Source: Macrostomum lignano (taxonomy: Eukaryota). Taken from it: a stretch of DNA of 64,000 nt. Every line of letters begins with the position of its first letter. The first letter of the stretch is position 1. Position numbers and translations under genes: made by a program. Below the pieces are notes generated by a model. That model had not been told where the DNA came from and ran no database searches. It saw only the letters and a program-made list of their open reading frames with translations. Location: the NCBI GenBank assembly GCA_002269645.1, contig NIVC01000173.1:62001-126000 (forward strand). Direction: 5' to 3'. Shown here in pieces: positions 25,991-39,384 of this stretch.

Positions 25991-26163
25991 AAAATTATCA
26001 TGATTTCAATGCCACCCGTGACCCAAATATCCTCAATGACCCGAAGTTTACTCATGCGACTCATTCTAATCTGGTCTGCTATCAAGACCTGTAGACATTG
26101 ATTGCACATCAACAAGGGCGACATTTCAACAGCTTAATAAACTATTAGCCAAAATCCGCATTA

Positions 26164-29100
26164 TTAATTGCAGTGCACTCGCATCAAACTCTGCCAATCT
26201 TGCAGCAATCTAGCCGGCCCGGGATCGCGACCTTCCGGCTTCAATCCGTAGCCATGCTTGGCCAATAATGGCTGCTGCGGGTTTAGCTTAGCAACTTGGC
26301 CCAAATCCAGCAGTTCAGTCAGGCAGACCAGCGTTAATCTCAGCTTAGCGGCCAACAAGCCCAAGTAGACATCGTCGAATGGCAGTCTAGGTTTAACTCG
26401 ATTAGCCGTCCATAGCAACCGTTTCAATAGTCGGCTAGGCATGACTAGCCAACCTGCCGATATGTAGTCGGGATAGGTTTCTGGGGAATAATCTGATCGA
26501 TTGATTGACCACTTGTGGTCCGGAGTTCGAATCGGAATTGAATTGGAGATGCAATTTCCTGCTAGAAAGTTTTCTTGGCCGTTTCTTGAGACTGCGGCAG
26601 CGACGCTGCTTAACAGGGGGCCGGCTGCGAATGGGTTCATTAGAAGGTCATCGTCTGATAGAAGCACGAGCCGGCGGGATGAGCCTGCCTTGGGAAGGTG
26701 GCGGCTGGCCCAGACTAAACTGGAGAGCGTCTTGACCGTGTTGTTCCTGTATGAGGGAATGGAACTGGAGTTTATGTGCTGATTAGTGAGAATCATTTAG
26801 TGATGATGATTATTGAGAATCATTTAGTGATGATGATTATTGAGAATCATTTAGTGATGATAATTATTGAGAATCATTTAGTCATGATGATTATTGCCAA
26901 TCATTTAGTCATGATGATTATTGAGAATCATTTAGTGATGATGATTATTGAGAATCATTTAGTCATGATGATTATTGCCAATCATTTAGTCATGATGATT
27001 ATTGAGAATCATTTAGTCATGATGATTATTGCCAATCATTTAGTCATGATGATTATTGAGAATCATTTAGTCATGATGATTATTGCCAATCATTTAGTCA
27101 TGATGATTATTGAGAATCATTTAGTGATGATGATTATTGACAATCATTTAGTCATGATGATTATTGCCAATCATTTAGTCATGATGATTATTGGGAATCA
27201 CTTAGTGATGATGACTATTGAGAATCATTTAGTGATGATGATTATTGAGAATCATTTAGTGATGATGATTATTGACAATCATTTAGTCATGATGATTATT
27301 GCCAATCATTTAGTCATGATGATTATTGAGAATCATTTAGTGATGATGATTATTGAGAATCATTTAGTCATGATGATTATTGCCAATCATTTAGTCATGG
27401 TGATTATTGAGAATCATTTAGTCATGATGATTATTGCCAATAATTTAGTCATGATGATTATTGAGAATCATTTAGTCATGATGATTATTGCCAATCATTT
27501 AGTCATGATGATTATTGAGAATCATTTAGTGATGATGATTATTGAGAATCATTTAGTGATGATGATTATTGAGAATCATTTAGTCATGATGATTATTGCC
27601 AATCATTTAGTCATGATGATTATTGAGAATCATTTAGTCATGATGATTATTGACAATCATTTAGTCATGATGATTATTGAGAATCACTTAGTGATGATGA
27701 TTACTGACAATCATTTAGTCATGATGATTATTGAGAATCATTTAGTCATGATGATTATTGCCAATCATTTAGTCATGATGATTATTGAGAATCATTTAGT
27801 CATGATGATTATTGCCAATCATTTAGTCATGATGATTATTGGGAATCACTTAGTGATGATGATTATTGAGAATCATTTAGTGATGATGATTATTGACAAT
27901 CATTTAGTCATGATGATTATTGAGAATCACTTAGTGATGATGATTATTGACAATCATTTAGTCATGATGATTATTAAGAATCATTTAGTCATGATGATTA
28001 TTGAGAATCATTTAGTCATGATGATTATTGAGAATCATTTAGTCATGATGATTATTGAGAATCATTTAGTCATGATGATTATTGAGAATCATTTAGTCAT
28101 GATGATTACTGAGAATCATTTAGTGATGATGATTATTGAGAATCATTTAGTCATGATGATTATTGAGAATCATTTAGTCATGATGATTACTGAGAATCAT
28201 TTAGTGATGATAATTATTGAGAATCATTTAGTCATGATGATTACTGAGAATCATTTAGTCATGATGATTATTGAGAATCATTTAGTCATGATGATTATTG
28301 AGAATCATTTAGTCATGATGATTATTGAGAATCATTTAGTGATGATGATTAGTGAGAATCACTTAGTGATGATGATTATTGAGAATCATTTAGTCATGAT
28401 GATTATTAAGAATCATTTAGTCATGATTATTGAGAATCACTTAGTGATGATGATTATTGAGAATCATTTAGTCATGATGATTATTGAGAATCACTTAGTG
28501 ATGATGATTATTGAGAATCACTTAGTGATGATGATTATTGACAATCATTTAGTCATGATGATTATTGGGAATCATTTAGTCATGATGATTATTGGGAATC
28601 ACTTAGTCATGATGATTATTGGGAATCATTTAGTGATAATGATTATTGAGAATCATTTAGTGATGATGATTAGTGAGAATCACTTAGTGATGATGATTAT
28701 TGAGAATCATTTAGTCATGATGATTATTAAGAATCATTTAGTCATGATTATTGAGAATCACTTAGTGATGATGATTATTGAGAATCATTTAGTCATGATG
28801 ATTATTGAGAATCACTTAGTGATGATGATTATTGAGAATCACTTAGTGATGATGATTATTGACAATCATTTAGTCATGATGATTATTGGGAATCATTTAG
28901 TCATGATGATTATTGGGAATCACTTAGTCATGATGATTATTGGGAATCACTTAGTGATAATGATTATTGATAATCATTTAGTCATGATGATTATTGAGAA
29001 TCATTTAGTGATAATGATTACTGAGAATCATTTAGTGATGATGATTATTGACAATCATTTAGTCATGATGATTATTGAGAATCATTTAGTCATGATGATT

Positions 29101-31154
29101 ATTGAGAATCATTTAGTCATGATGATTATTGAGAATCATTTAGTGATGATGATTAGTGAGAATCACTTAGTGATGATGATTATTGAGAATCATTTAGTCA
29201 TGATGATTATTAAGAATCATTTAGTCATGATTATTGAGAATCACTTAGTGATGATGATTATTGAGAATCATTTAGTCATGATGATTATTGAGAATCACTT
29301 AGTGATGATGATTATTGAGAATCACTTAGTGATGATGATTATTGACAATCATTTAGTCATGATGATTATTGGGAATCATTTAGTCATGATGATTATTGGG
29401 AATCACTTAGTCATGATGATTATTGGGAATCATTTAGTGATAATGATTATTGAGAATCATTTAGTGATGATGATTATTGAGAATCATTTAGTCATGACGA
29501 TTATTGAGAATCATTTATAGATGATGATTATTGAGAATTATTTTTTGTTGATGATTATTGACAATCATTTAGTGATGATGATTTTTGAGAACCATTAGCC
29601 ATGATTATTGTGAATATGATTTAGCGAAATCACTCACCTGTACCCGTCGCCTCCACCGTGAACGATGACATCGCCAAACTGCCGACACTTCTTCAGCAGC
29701 TGCGTCATGACTTCGGCCTTATCTGGCGATCCGACAGTGAACCTCAACAGGGTGCCTTCAGGCCAAAACTGCGGATTGCCCCATGTTGATCGAATCGCTC
29801 TTCTAGAAGCAAAGTTGCCTATTGCAGATTTCACTATGATCACTAGGTTGATAGCGATGGAGTCGGAAGCAGTTGCCGTGCTCATTGGCACAGCTGGAAC
29901 TGGGAACTGGGCTGTGTATAAGTCTTGGACTCCTTGATGCCGACTGGAACCTCTGCGATCTTTTAGCTGGGACTTGCTGGAAAACGGTGGTGTTAATGAC
30001 TTGCTTTTTTTGTGTTACAGAACTGTGTCACTCCCGTGAATCTGTGTGCTACAGAACTGTGTCACTCCCGTGAATCTGTGTGCTACAGAACTGTGTCACT
30101 CCCGTGAATCTGTGTGCTACAGAACTGTGTGACTCCCGTGAATCTGTGTGCTACAGAACTGTGTCACTCCCGTGAATCTGTGTGCTACAGAACTGTGTGA
30201 CTCCCGTGAATCTGTGTGCTACAGAACTGTGTCACTCCCGTGAATCTGTGTGCTACAGAACTGTGTCACTCCCGTGAATCTGTGTGCTACAGAACTGTGT
30301 GACTCCCGTGAATCTGTGTGCTACAGAACTGTGTCACTCCCGTGAATCTGTGTGCTACAGAACTGTGTCACTCCCGTGAATCTGTGTGCTACAGAACTGT
30401 GTGACTCCCGTGAATCTGTGTGCTACAGAACTGTGTCACTCCCGTGAATCTGTGTGCTACAGAACTGTGTCAATCCCGTGAATCTGTGTGCTACAGAACT
30501 GTGTGACTCCCGTGAATCTGTGTGCTACAGAACTGTGTGACTCCCGTGAATCTGTGTGCTACAGAACTGTGTGACTCCCGTGAATCTGTGTGCTACAGAA
30601 CTGTGTCACTCCCGTGAATCTGTGTGCTACAGAACTGTGTGACTCCCGTGAATCTGTGTGCTACAGAACTGTGTCACTCCCGTGAATCTGTGTGCTACAG
30701 AACTGTGTCACTCCCGTGAATCTGTGTGCTACAGAACTGTGTCACTCCCGTGAATCTGTGTGCTACAGAACTGTGTCACTCCCGTGAATCTGTGTGCTAC
30801 AGAACTGTGTCACTCCCTGTGTTAATAGACAATTCTGTCACCTCTTTCATAACTAGACGGTCACAGACTGCTGTCACTCTCAGTGTCAAAAACAATAAAT
30901 TTAAGCCAACAAAGAACGCACCAAGTCAGCTGACTCGGTGGCACCAACGGCGGCAAGTTCCACGGATCAGTTGGGCGAATCCTTGGCCAACTTCGCCAGG
31001 GTCTCCGCAATGATGACGTCATCACTGGCTGACATTTGAAGTGCTCTCCATAATAGGCATAGCGCCTGAGACCTGTTCGCAGACAGCAGATTAAAGTTAC
31101 AACCAAGCAGACAGCGGCTAAGATCAATCGTTTGCGAAAACGCATGAATTTCAT
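26164..31154 (-). CDS. GT31 beta-1,3-glycosyltransferase (brainiac/BRE-5-like), type II membrane protein, 3 exons, 384 aa
   Basis: Exons 30922-31154, 29638-29976, 26164-26746; phase 2/2, 1155 nt. N-terminal TM segment LILAAVCLVVTLICCL. Motifs: VKSAIGNFASRRAIRSTWG, DGYRNNTVKT, SDDD (DxD), HKW...YPDY, PFDDVYLG. Confidence 0.9.
26790..29600. repeat. 27-bp minisatellite (GAGAATCATTTAGTCATGATGATTATT), ~2.8 kb, filling GT31 intron 2
   Basis: Tandem units; source of the 914-aa antisense ORF. A higher-order block recurs at 28351, 28672 and 29155. Confidence 0.97.
30010..30820. repeat. 34-bp highly homogeneous minisatellite in GT31 intron 1 (GTGAATCTGTGTGCTACAGAACTGTGTCACTCCC)
   Basis: Tandem units; GTCACTCCC at 30061 and 30095. 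Confidence 0.97.
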
Positions 31155-33443
31155 TTCTTAGAATTATAGAAGATAAGATTTTAGCTTTCAGATCTGAGCG
31201 GAGCACAATCATAGTCTACAGTTTAAAAGTAGGTGTGATACCACCCTCGTGTGTTCTCTGTCAGCCTCTCTTTAATTGGCTTTCATCCAGCAGGCAGCTT
31301 TGGAGGCTCAGATAAATTAAAGTTAGCTGTCAAACGAAATGCGCGAAACGCAAAAACCGCACAACAAAAGCTTCTTTGCTTTACCGCAGCTTGTATGGTG
31401 TAAATTCTCATATTTCGGTCTAAATATGAGCCAGAGTATAATTGTAGCTATGGATAGAGGCTAATAAGATGCGCTTAAGAGAAGTTTTAAAATAACGCCG
31501 CACCTCAAGCCCGCAACTTCACGGTGGACAGGACAGGACTTATAAAAGACAATTAAATCTGTAAATTTTGTCTTATTTTTCGAATAAAATCCGATCGGTC
31601 TACTAATAGTAGAGTTCTAGCAACTTCGAAGTAGAAAAAATAATTGCGGATGAATTAGCTTTCTTAGAAATGATCTGGAGGTCGTTAAAGAACGTGCAAC
31701 TGTTGTATCTCTTGCGCTGAATTTGGTGGCTTCGCCCACAGATACTATAATAACTAATTAGGCCTAAATTTGCGTGTAAGCTACTTTCAGTTCAGTAGTA
31801 AGTTAAACAGAAGCATCTTAATGTATTTTAAAGCCAAGGCTCATTTATTGGGTCTTGCCCCCCCAACTTAAACCCTCCCTCAAACCGCGACTTAACACTA
31901 CTATCCCCCGCCCCAATTTTAATTGCCTTTCTCGGAATTCCAGCCTAAAAGCTGCCATGTACATTTCAGTGGACTGGCTAATGTACATTATTGCTGGACC
32001 AATTAGCAAGTTGCTTACGCCTGCAAGCTTGGGCTTCTAAACTTACCAGAAGTCATTTCAGCTGCCTTTATTTTTATAAAATAGCTTACGTATTCTTCTT
32101 TGCTACTGAACTGAAAGTAGAAAACTGTTTTACTAAGTATATATGCCTGAGTGGCCCATCTAGTCATTTTAGTATCTGTGCTTTCGCCATAGACAACTTC
32201 GAACAAGGAAAATCCACAGATATATAGTATCTGTGGCAAAATCTGAATCTATTTCTCAAGACCATAGTAAATGCATAAGCGTTCTTTATTGGCTCTTGTA
32301 GGTTCTTTATAATCCTAAAAAGTACATGCTTCACCTGTACTTATAAGGGATCAAAGCTCTTTTCAATTTGTGTTTAGGATTTTTAAACTACGTTTTTTAC
32401 AGACGAGTGAAAAGAACCAAATGCAAGCGCTTTATTCTTGTGTGTGTGGATCTTTGCATGAATTCCTGTCTCCATTTTCATGGCTTCGTTAAAGCACTCA
32501 TCAATGTCACTCAGTCAGTCAGGTGTGCAAGAATCATCTATCCCATTTTTTTGGGATGGAACCACTTCCTAGTTACCTTGATCGTGTTTCGACTAATCTG
32601 CACTACTGGGTCATGACTTTGATTTATTTGGTGAGGTAAAATTACCCATATTAGCTAGGCCTGTCTACCTGACCCAAATAGGGGAGTTGAGAGAGAAGAA
32701 AGTTCGCCTAGCATGATCTTTGGGATCGGGTTTAGGTTAGACAGGCCTTCTAGCTTCTGTCTAGAAGGTTTGGGATCGGGTTTAGGTTAGACAGGCCTTC
32801 TAGCTTCTGTCTATGGCCCATGCCGACTGACTGGTGCAGCTGCTACTCAAACTGGCACATTTGACACTCTAAACCAAGATGTTTGTCGTCTATCAAATTT
32901 TAAACCCAATCGGTTACTCATACTAATGAGTATGTATTATAAATAGTATTAGAACCATACTACAAAATGGCACTCACATCAGTTGATTTTAGCCCGCTAA
33001 GCTCCGAAATAACGTATGAAAATCAAATTTTATTATTTAATCTTGTTTTAACCGACCGACTGAAATCTGTCCCTGATCGCCGCTGTAAGGTGTGGGGTTG
33101 GCTGGGTCTTATACTTAAGCCAATGAGCTGGCTTACAAGTAACAATATATACGAAATATTAATCTATAAAGTAATCGTTTTGCTCTATTCCCCATTGTTT
33201 CAAGCCATTTGAGTGGCTCGCAGAGAAAAAGAGAGCCAACCGACTAGCAGTACAGCCACCCCCCCCCCCACCTCGGTATCCCTCTCTAGCCAAGCAGAAT
33301 TCCCTTAGCTATATAACATGCCAACTGGTGATTCCCAGATAGCTTCGAAGAAAATTTTCGAGCGCAATTCATTTTTTTACCATTGTGGAAAAGCAAAATT
33401 TGAAGCGCAGTGTACGCGCAGTTCTTTACAAGCTTGAGCAGTC

Positions 33444-36400
33444 ATGATTAGTGCTAATAGCAGCAATAGGCGGTCCGCAGTTCAGCCACGGGCTACAGTT
33501 CTGGTGACCGGCGGCAGCGGCTTTCTAGGAAAGAAGCTGATTAAACAGCTGGCGAGCTGCTCAGAGGTGGCCGTTATTATTGCACTGGATATTCGGCCCC
33601 TGCCCGCTGGCTTCTGTCTGGATGATACCGGTTAGTGTGATTAATTAGGACCGGTGTCTAACAGGTGTCTAACAGGTGTCTAGATGACATCTAAAACAAG
33701 TGTCTAGATGGTATCTAACAGGTGTCTAGATGACATCTAAAACAAGTGTCTAGATGGTATCTAACAGGTGTCTAGATGGTATCTAACAGGTTTTAACAGG
33801 TTTGTCTAGATGGTATCTAAAAGGTGTCTAGATGGTATCTAACAGGTTTTAACAGGTTTGTCTAGATGGTATCTAACAGGTGTCTAGATGGTATCTAACA
33901 GGTGTCTAGATGGTATCTAACAGGTGTCTAGATGGTATCTAACAGGTGTCTAGATGATATCTAACATGTGTCTAAATGGTATCTAACAGGTGACTAAATG
34001 GTATCTAACAGGTGTCTAAATGGTATCTAACAGGTGTCTAAATGGTATCTAACCGGTGTCTTAGATGGTATCTAACAGGTGTCTAGATGGTATCTAACAG
34101 GTGTCTAAATGGTATCTAACAGGTGTCTAAATGGTATCTAACAGGTGTCCAGATGGTATCTAACAGGTGTGTAAAAGGCGTCTAAAAAGGGCTAACTGTC
34201 CTTGTAAAACCGGCATTTTTAATTAAACACCACTACAATTGTTTAGTAAACGACAGCTGATTAAAATGCTACGCATAAAAACGTTTGCAGACGGTTCCAC
34301 TGCACTTCGATTTGTATCGGCGGACGTCACTGACAAGGCCCAACTGGTGCCGGCCTTTCGCAATGTCGACTGCGTTATTCACACTGCCGCTCTGATAGAG
34401 CTGGGACTCTACCCGGATGTGGTCCGAATGAATGACGTTAACATTTTGGGTGAGATTGTCATCAGAGCATCGACTTTGACTTTGACTTGAATTAGAAGAG
34501 ATATAGAGAGGTTTAGAATAGAGTAGAGTAGGGGATGTAGAATAGGATAGATTAGGTTAGATTATGGTAGGTTAGAGTAGAGTATGTACTAAGTGGGGTA
34601 GAGTAGAGTGAGAGTAGAGGTGAGTAGAGTAGAGTAGAGTAGAGTAGAGTAGAGGTGAGTAGAGTACAGCTGAGTAGAGTAATGTAAAATTGTTGCATTA
34701 GAAGTTAGCTGCAGAGTATTTTAGCGCTAGTGCATACAGCAGGGAAACTTATTCGGCACTACAGACAGTAACTTAGATCTATTGTTGAATTCATTCGGAA
34801 ATATCTCAAAACTTCCACCCTCCGCCTCCAGTTTTCTATGTGAGTAGCCTGATAGCGAAATCAATAAATAAGGATATCGATGCGTATCCCCTACTCAACG
34901 CCTTCAATAGAAACCTCTCCCTGTTTAACATTCCTCTGCCACATGGAGTGGACGCACAATTAAGTGCAATGGTACTCGCTCTCTCTCCCTCTCTCTCTCT
35001 CTAAAACAGGACCAGATCGAACCCGCATCTGCAATAGATCCCCCTCCCCTAGTAGATGACAGCTGCTTTACTTTTTCTAATTTTGCTCGTAGCTACGAGC
35101 TACTATCGCTCCCTCACTGCTCTCCTCCCCTGACGTCTGTCCTCTGCCGCTCCCGACCGAGTACCGCAAAGTTTTTTAACCATGAAGTACACAAAATAAA
35201 AATATATAAAACTATTAGCGACTATATCTGACCAAACATTGTTGGGGGTAGATTTTAATGCGTACAACGCATTAGAACTTGCCACAGAGATCGGTTTCTA
35301 TTTAGTAAATTAGACTAGCGATCTGCGCCCCCCTCAGAGGAGAAGGCAAAAATACGATTTCAGTTTTGCTTGAAACCAAATAAATCAAGTATAGCTACAA
35401 TTTTTTGCCATCATTACAAATTACAAACTAATTGTACTTGAAGAATTCAGGTAAAGAAATAAGCAAACCTATGATTAGCCAATGGCGGTGCCACTTGAGG
35501 TGGGTTAAAGATGAAAACCCAATAGCAATTCCCGCGTAAGTCAGATCTCTTTAGTGCTTGAGCTTGGAGTGGGGTGGTTTGCTAGAGGCCTCGTGCAAGG
35601 AGTGAAGTGATGCCTCAACGTACATAACTAGTGTCAGCCAATGAGCATTGAGGAAGTCTTCAAAGCCTACGGTTTGGAGTGAGTGGGTTTGGGTCACTCG
35701 CTTGCCAGCCAATAGGAATCGAGGAAGTTTCTAGTCCGCGCACTCACCCCCCCTTACAGGCACGCAGAACGTCATAGACGCCTGCCGCGAGTGTCGTGTG
35801 CCAAATCTAATCTTCACCAGCACATCGGAGCTCGGCCGCTGCTACAAACCTGTCGAGGGCTTCACCGAGGCCGACATCGACGCCACCGAAGGCAGCGGCA
35901 AAGGCGAGGTGGACCTGTTGAATGGCTACGCCACTAGCAAACGTTTAGCCGAACGCTCCGTACTAGACGCCAATTGTTCCAGTTTCGGCGGCGACAACAA
36001 CAACAGCCGGCCATTGTGCACTTTAATAATCCGACCCGTTGGCATCTACGGCGAAGGCGATCTGAAATTTATACCAACGTTTATTCGAGCCGGGAAGCGT
36101 TTCTTCGGCCTGATGCCGCATCTCGGCAGTCCGGACGCCCAGATTCAACGGGTCTACGTTGGCAACGTGGCCTGGGCGCACGTGTGCGCAATGCGCTGCC
36201 TGCTGGACCCGTCAATGCGCCAGCAGATTAGCGGTCAGGCCTATCTGGTCACGGACGATACTCCATTGAATTCGAATTTTCAGTTTGTCCGACCGTTTCT
36301 ACGAGCTCATGGTGTCCGCCTGCTTGGTGTGTCCGTGCCTCTAGTGCTGGTCTTTATCTTCTGGTGGCTGCTGGAGCTGCTAGCGATGGCCATTTCGCCT

Positions 36401-36568
36401 ATAGTCCGCGTTCCATTAGCTTTTACCAAAAACGAATTGTACCTGGCCTGTACCACATGTTATTACGACGCCGGTAAGATTCGCTCGCGGCTAAAGTACG
36501 CGCCAGTGTACTCGCCAGAGGATAGCTTTGCTAGAAGCTTGGCTTACTACTCGGCCATGGAGATCTGA
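33444..36568 (+). CDS. 3-beta-hydroxysteroid dehydrogenase/isomerase family extended SDR (HSD3B / NSDHL / SDR42E1-like), 3 exons, 384 aa
   Basis: Exons 33444-33630, 34291-34449, 35760-36568; phase 1/1, 1155 nt. Rossmann VLVTGGSGFLG, acidic ALD (NAD-type), VIHTAA, NILGTQNVIDAC, FTSTS, catalytic YATSK, IRPVGIYGEGD, VYVGNVAWAH; hydrophobic C-terminal segment. The exact subfamily cannot be assigned by eye. Confidence 0.92.
33655..34172. repeat. 22-bp minisatellite in HSD intron 1 (TCTAGATGGTATCTAACAGGTG)
   Basis: Tandem units visible. Confidence 0.93.
34500..34685. repeat. Degenerate (GAGTA)n microsatellite in HSD intron 2
   Basis: Directly visible. Confidence 0.85.
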
Positions 36569-36745
36569 TAGAAGTACTGCCTGAACTTTGCGGTACATAC
36601 ATAATCTAAATAGTGCGATACCACTGTATCCTGGCTTTGAGGCCTGCTGACCTGGAAAATGTTTTAATTGATGTTATAATAATTATTGCGTCGCACTTGA
36701 TACAGGCCAATGGATATTCGCACAGATATTTAGGCCACTGAATTT

Positions 36746-37200
36746 TAGCTGGCGGGGTAGAAGCGGAGGGAAGGAAGAGATATACACAGTCCGCTTAGAT
36801 AACTGGAGTCATAAAAAAGGGTGTGAAGTTTAGCTGGTGGGGTAGAAGTGGAGGGGAGATGTGTGTACATCACACAGTCCGCTTAGATAATTGGAGTCAT
36901 AAAAGGGTGTGAAGTTTAGCTGGTGGGGTAGAAGTGGAGGGGAGATGTGTGTACATCACACAGTCCGCTTAGATAATTGGAGTCATAAAAGGGTGTGAAG
37001 TTTAGCTGGTGGGGTAGAAGTGGAGGGGAGATGTGTGTACACCACACAGTCCGCTTAGATAACTGGAGTCATAAAAGGGTGTGAAGTTTAGCTGGTGGGG
37101 TAGAAGTGGAGGGGAGATGTGTGTACATCACACAGTCCGCCTAGATAACTGGAGTCATAAAAGGGTGTGAAGTTTAGCTGGTGTGGCAGAAGTGGAGGGA
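36746..37200. repeat. 86-bp tandem repeat, about 5 copies, downstream of the HSD gene
   Basis: AGCTGGTG recurs at 36832, 36918, 37004, 37090, 37176. Confidence 0.95.
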
Positions 37201-38414
37201 AAAGAATTGACTTGAATGTACTTATATCCAAATCGCAGATTTGATGTCGTGTTATAGCTTAATTTTAATCTTGCTTTTTGACTGCATCGCTCCTTACTGT
37301 TCTTTTTGAGAGCTAGAAATAATTATCTACCTGTTGCTTTTTGTTCACGTGTTATTGAGCAGTTTACTTTGAAATCAATTAATATAAAATATCTTTCGGA
37401 GTGAGTTCAAAGTCTTTTTTTATACCTTTTTGATTGTTTTACTGTGAATCTAAAACAAAAATAGATATTTTTTAAACCAAAAATTAATTTCAATAGCTAG
37501 ACGGGGGGGCTAAACCAGTGTGTCGTTCCCATGGCACCGATGAGGGCGGGAATTAAGATTTAAACTATTGGAGCGTGTCTATTTTTATATCGTATAGACA
37601 TCATATTGTTTGATCAATTTAAAGTAATTAATACCATGAAATTAGTGAATAGAAATATTTTTGACGTACTTCTAATGGGAGTTATAATCTCGTGTGCAAA
37701 CTGTATATAAAAGTTTATTTAATCTGTATCAATATGAGGCCTCAGGCAGTGGCATTTGTGCTTGTGTCATGTCTGTGATGAATTTCCCTATCAAAACTTT
37801 ATCCGAAATTACAATCAGAAACGTTGAAATAATACGGATGAAAACTAATATTCGCAGTTCTCTACTTATAGTAGGATTAAAGATATTTGATTGTAAACAT
37901 GACTATAGCGATTTTGAAAGTCAGTTTTTTGTTTTATAGGGGCAAAAATTTCTTTTTTATAACTTTGGTTTGACAATAAGACAACTTTATAGAGAATTAT
38001 TTTCAATTTCACCCCCTAAAATATCGGAATATCGGAAATATAAAAAATATTGTTTGAAATTAAAGGAAAGAGGCCAGGGAGTTTGTACTTTTAGTGTTAG
38101 CAATGAGCGCTCGAGTGTCTGTGTAAAGTCGTGTGTGAGCCTGGGCTTATAGAGAGAGAAACGCTTCAACTGGAATACGTACAAGCCTGCCTGCATGAGC
38201 AGTTGTTGAGTCCATAACTGCCAGTCTGCATGGGTGTTGGCCGTTCTACCCACTGTTCTACCAGCATGCAATTGAAACAAATGCCTCGCATCCGTGTACG
38301 ATAATGCGAGGCCCCAGAAACTGAAGTGCAGATGCTAAAATAATACAAATTTGTTAGCTAATGTTTTATTCATTTATTCTCATATTTCTTGGCTGCAACA
38401 TGTAGCTACCTGCT

Positions 38415-38995
38415 ATAGTGTGGTAGGGTTACGGGTATGTGGTAGGGTTACTGGGGTAGTGTGGTAGGGCTACTGGATAGTGAGGTAGGGTTACAGGGTA
38501 GTGTGGTAGGGTTACTGGGTAGTGAGGTAGGGTTACAGGGGTAGTGTGGTAGGGCTACTGGATAGTGAGGTAGGGTTACAGGGTAGTGTGGTAGGGTTAC
38601 TGGGTAGTGAGGTAGGGTTACAGGGGTAGTGTGGTAGGGCTACTGGATAGTGAGGTAGGGTTACGGGTAGTGTGGTAGGGTTACTGGGTATGTGGTAGGG
38701 TTACTGAATAGTGTGGTAGGGTTACTGGGTAGTGTGGTAGTGTTACTGGGTAGTGTGGTAGGGTTACTGGATAGTGAGGTAGTGTTACTGGGTAGTGTGG
38801 TAGGGTTACTGGGTAGTGTGGTAGGGTTACTGGATAGTGAGGTAGTGTTACTGGGTAGTGTGGTAGGGTTACTGGGTAGTGTGGTAGGGTTACTGGGTAA
38901 GTGTGGTAGGGTTACTGGGTAAGTGTGGTAGGGTTTCTGGGTAGGTGTGGTAGGTTTGCTGGGTATGTGGTTGGGTTACTGGATAGTGTGGTAGG
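38415..38995. repeat. ~21-bp minisatellite with a telomere-like TAGGGT core (GTAGTGTGGTAGGGTTACTGG)
   Basis: Tandem units visible. Confidence 0.92.
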
Positions 38996-39384
38996 GTGCT
39001 TGTATTGCCTCACATTGTTAGCAAAACTAGTAAATCTAAGGTTAAGTCTGCTTGCAGGAAGCACCAGTTCTAATATGACTTTAAGTGTGTTGCTGCTGCA
39101 CACGTGGACATTTAATAGCAATGCAATTAGAATAATTCATAATCAGATTCAAATGCAGATAGCATTTGCAGCAATACAAATATATAAAATAATTCAGATT
39201 TTAATAGATTTTGGGCTACCAAAAATTTTAAACCGCAGTTGTTTTTCCACAACGTCGTGTGTACTGTGGCTCTTAAACCTCTGAAAAAATTGCTAAAAAC
39301 TAGAACCACTGCCAGAGCGCATGCCACTGTACTCTGCTCAAACTGCTCATTACCTCTATCTGGCTCATATCCCCTATCTCTCTT

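Noticed and set aside
26776-29520. 914-aa ENHLVMMII ORF as a real protein
   Set aside because: It is the translation of a 27-bp minisatellite, antisense within a GT31 intron whose flanking exons splice in phase.
34995-35085. Third SINE suggested by a minus-strand GGGTTCGATC B-box
   Set aside because: No convincing A-box, body, tail or TSD.
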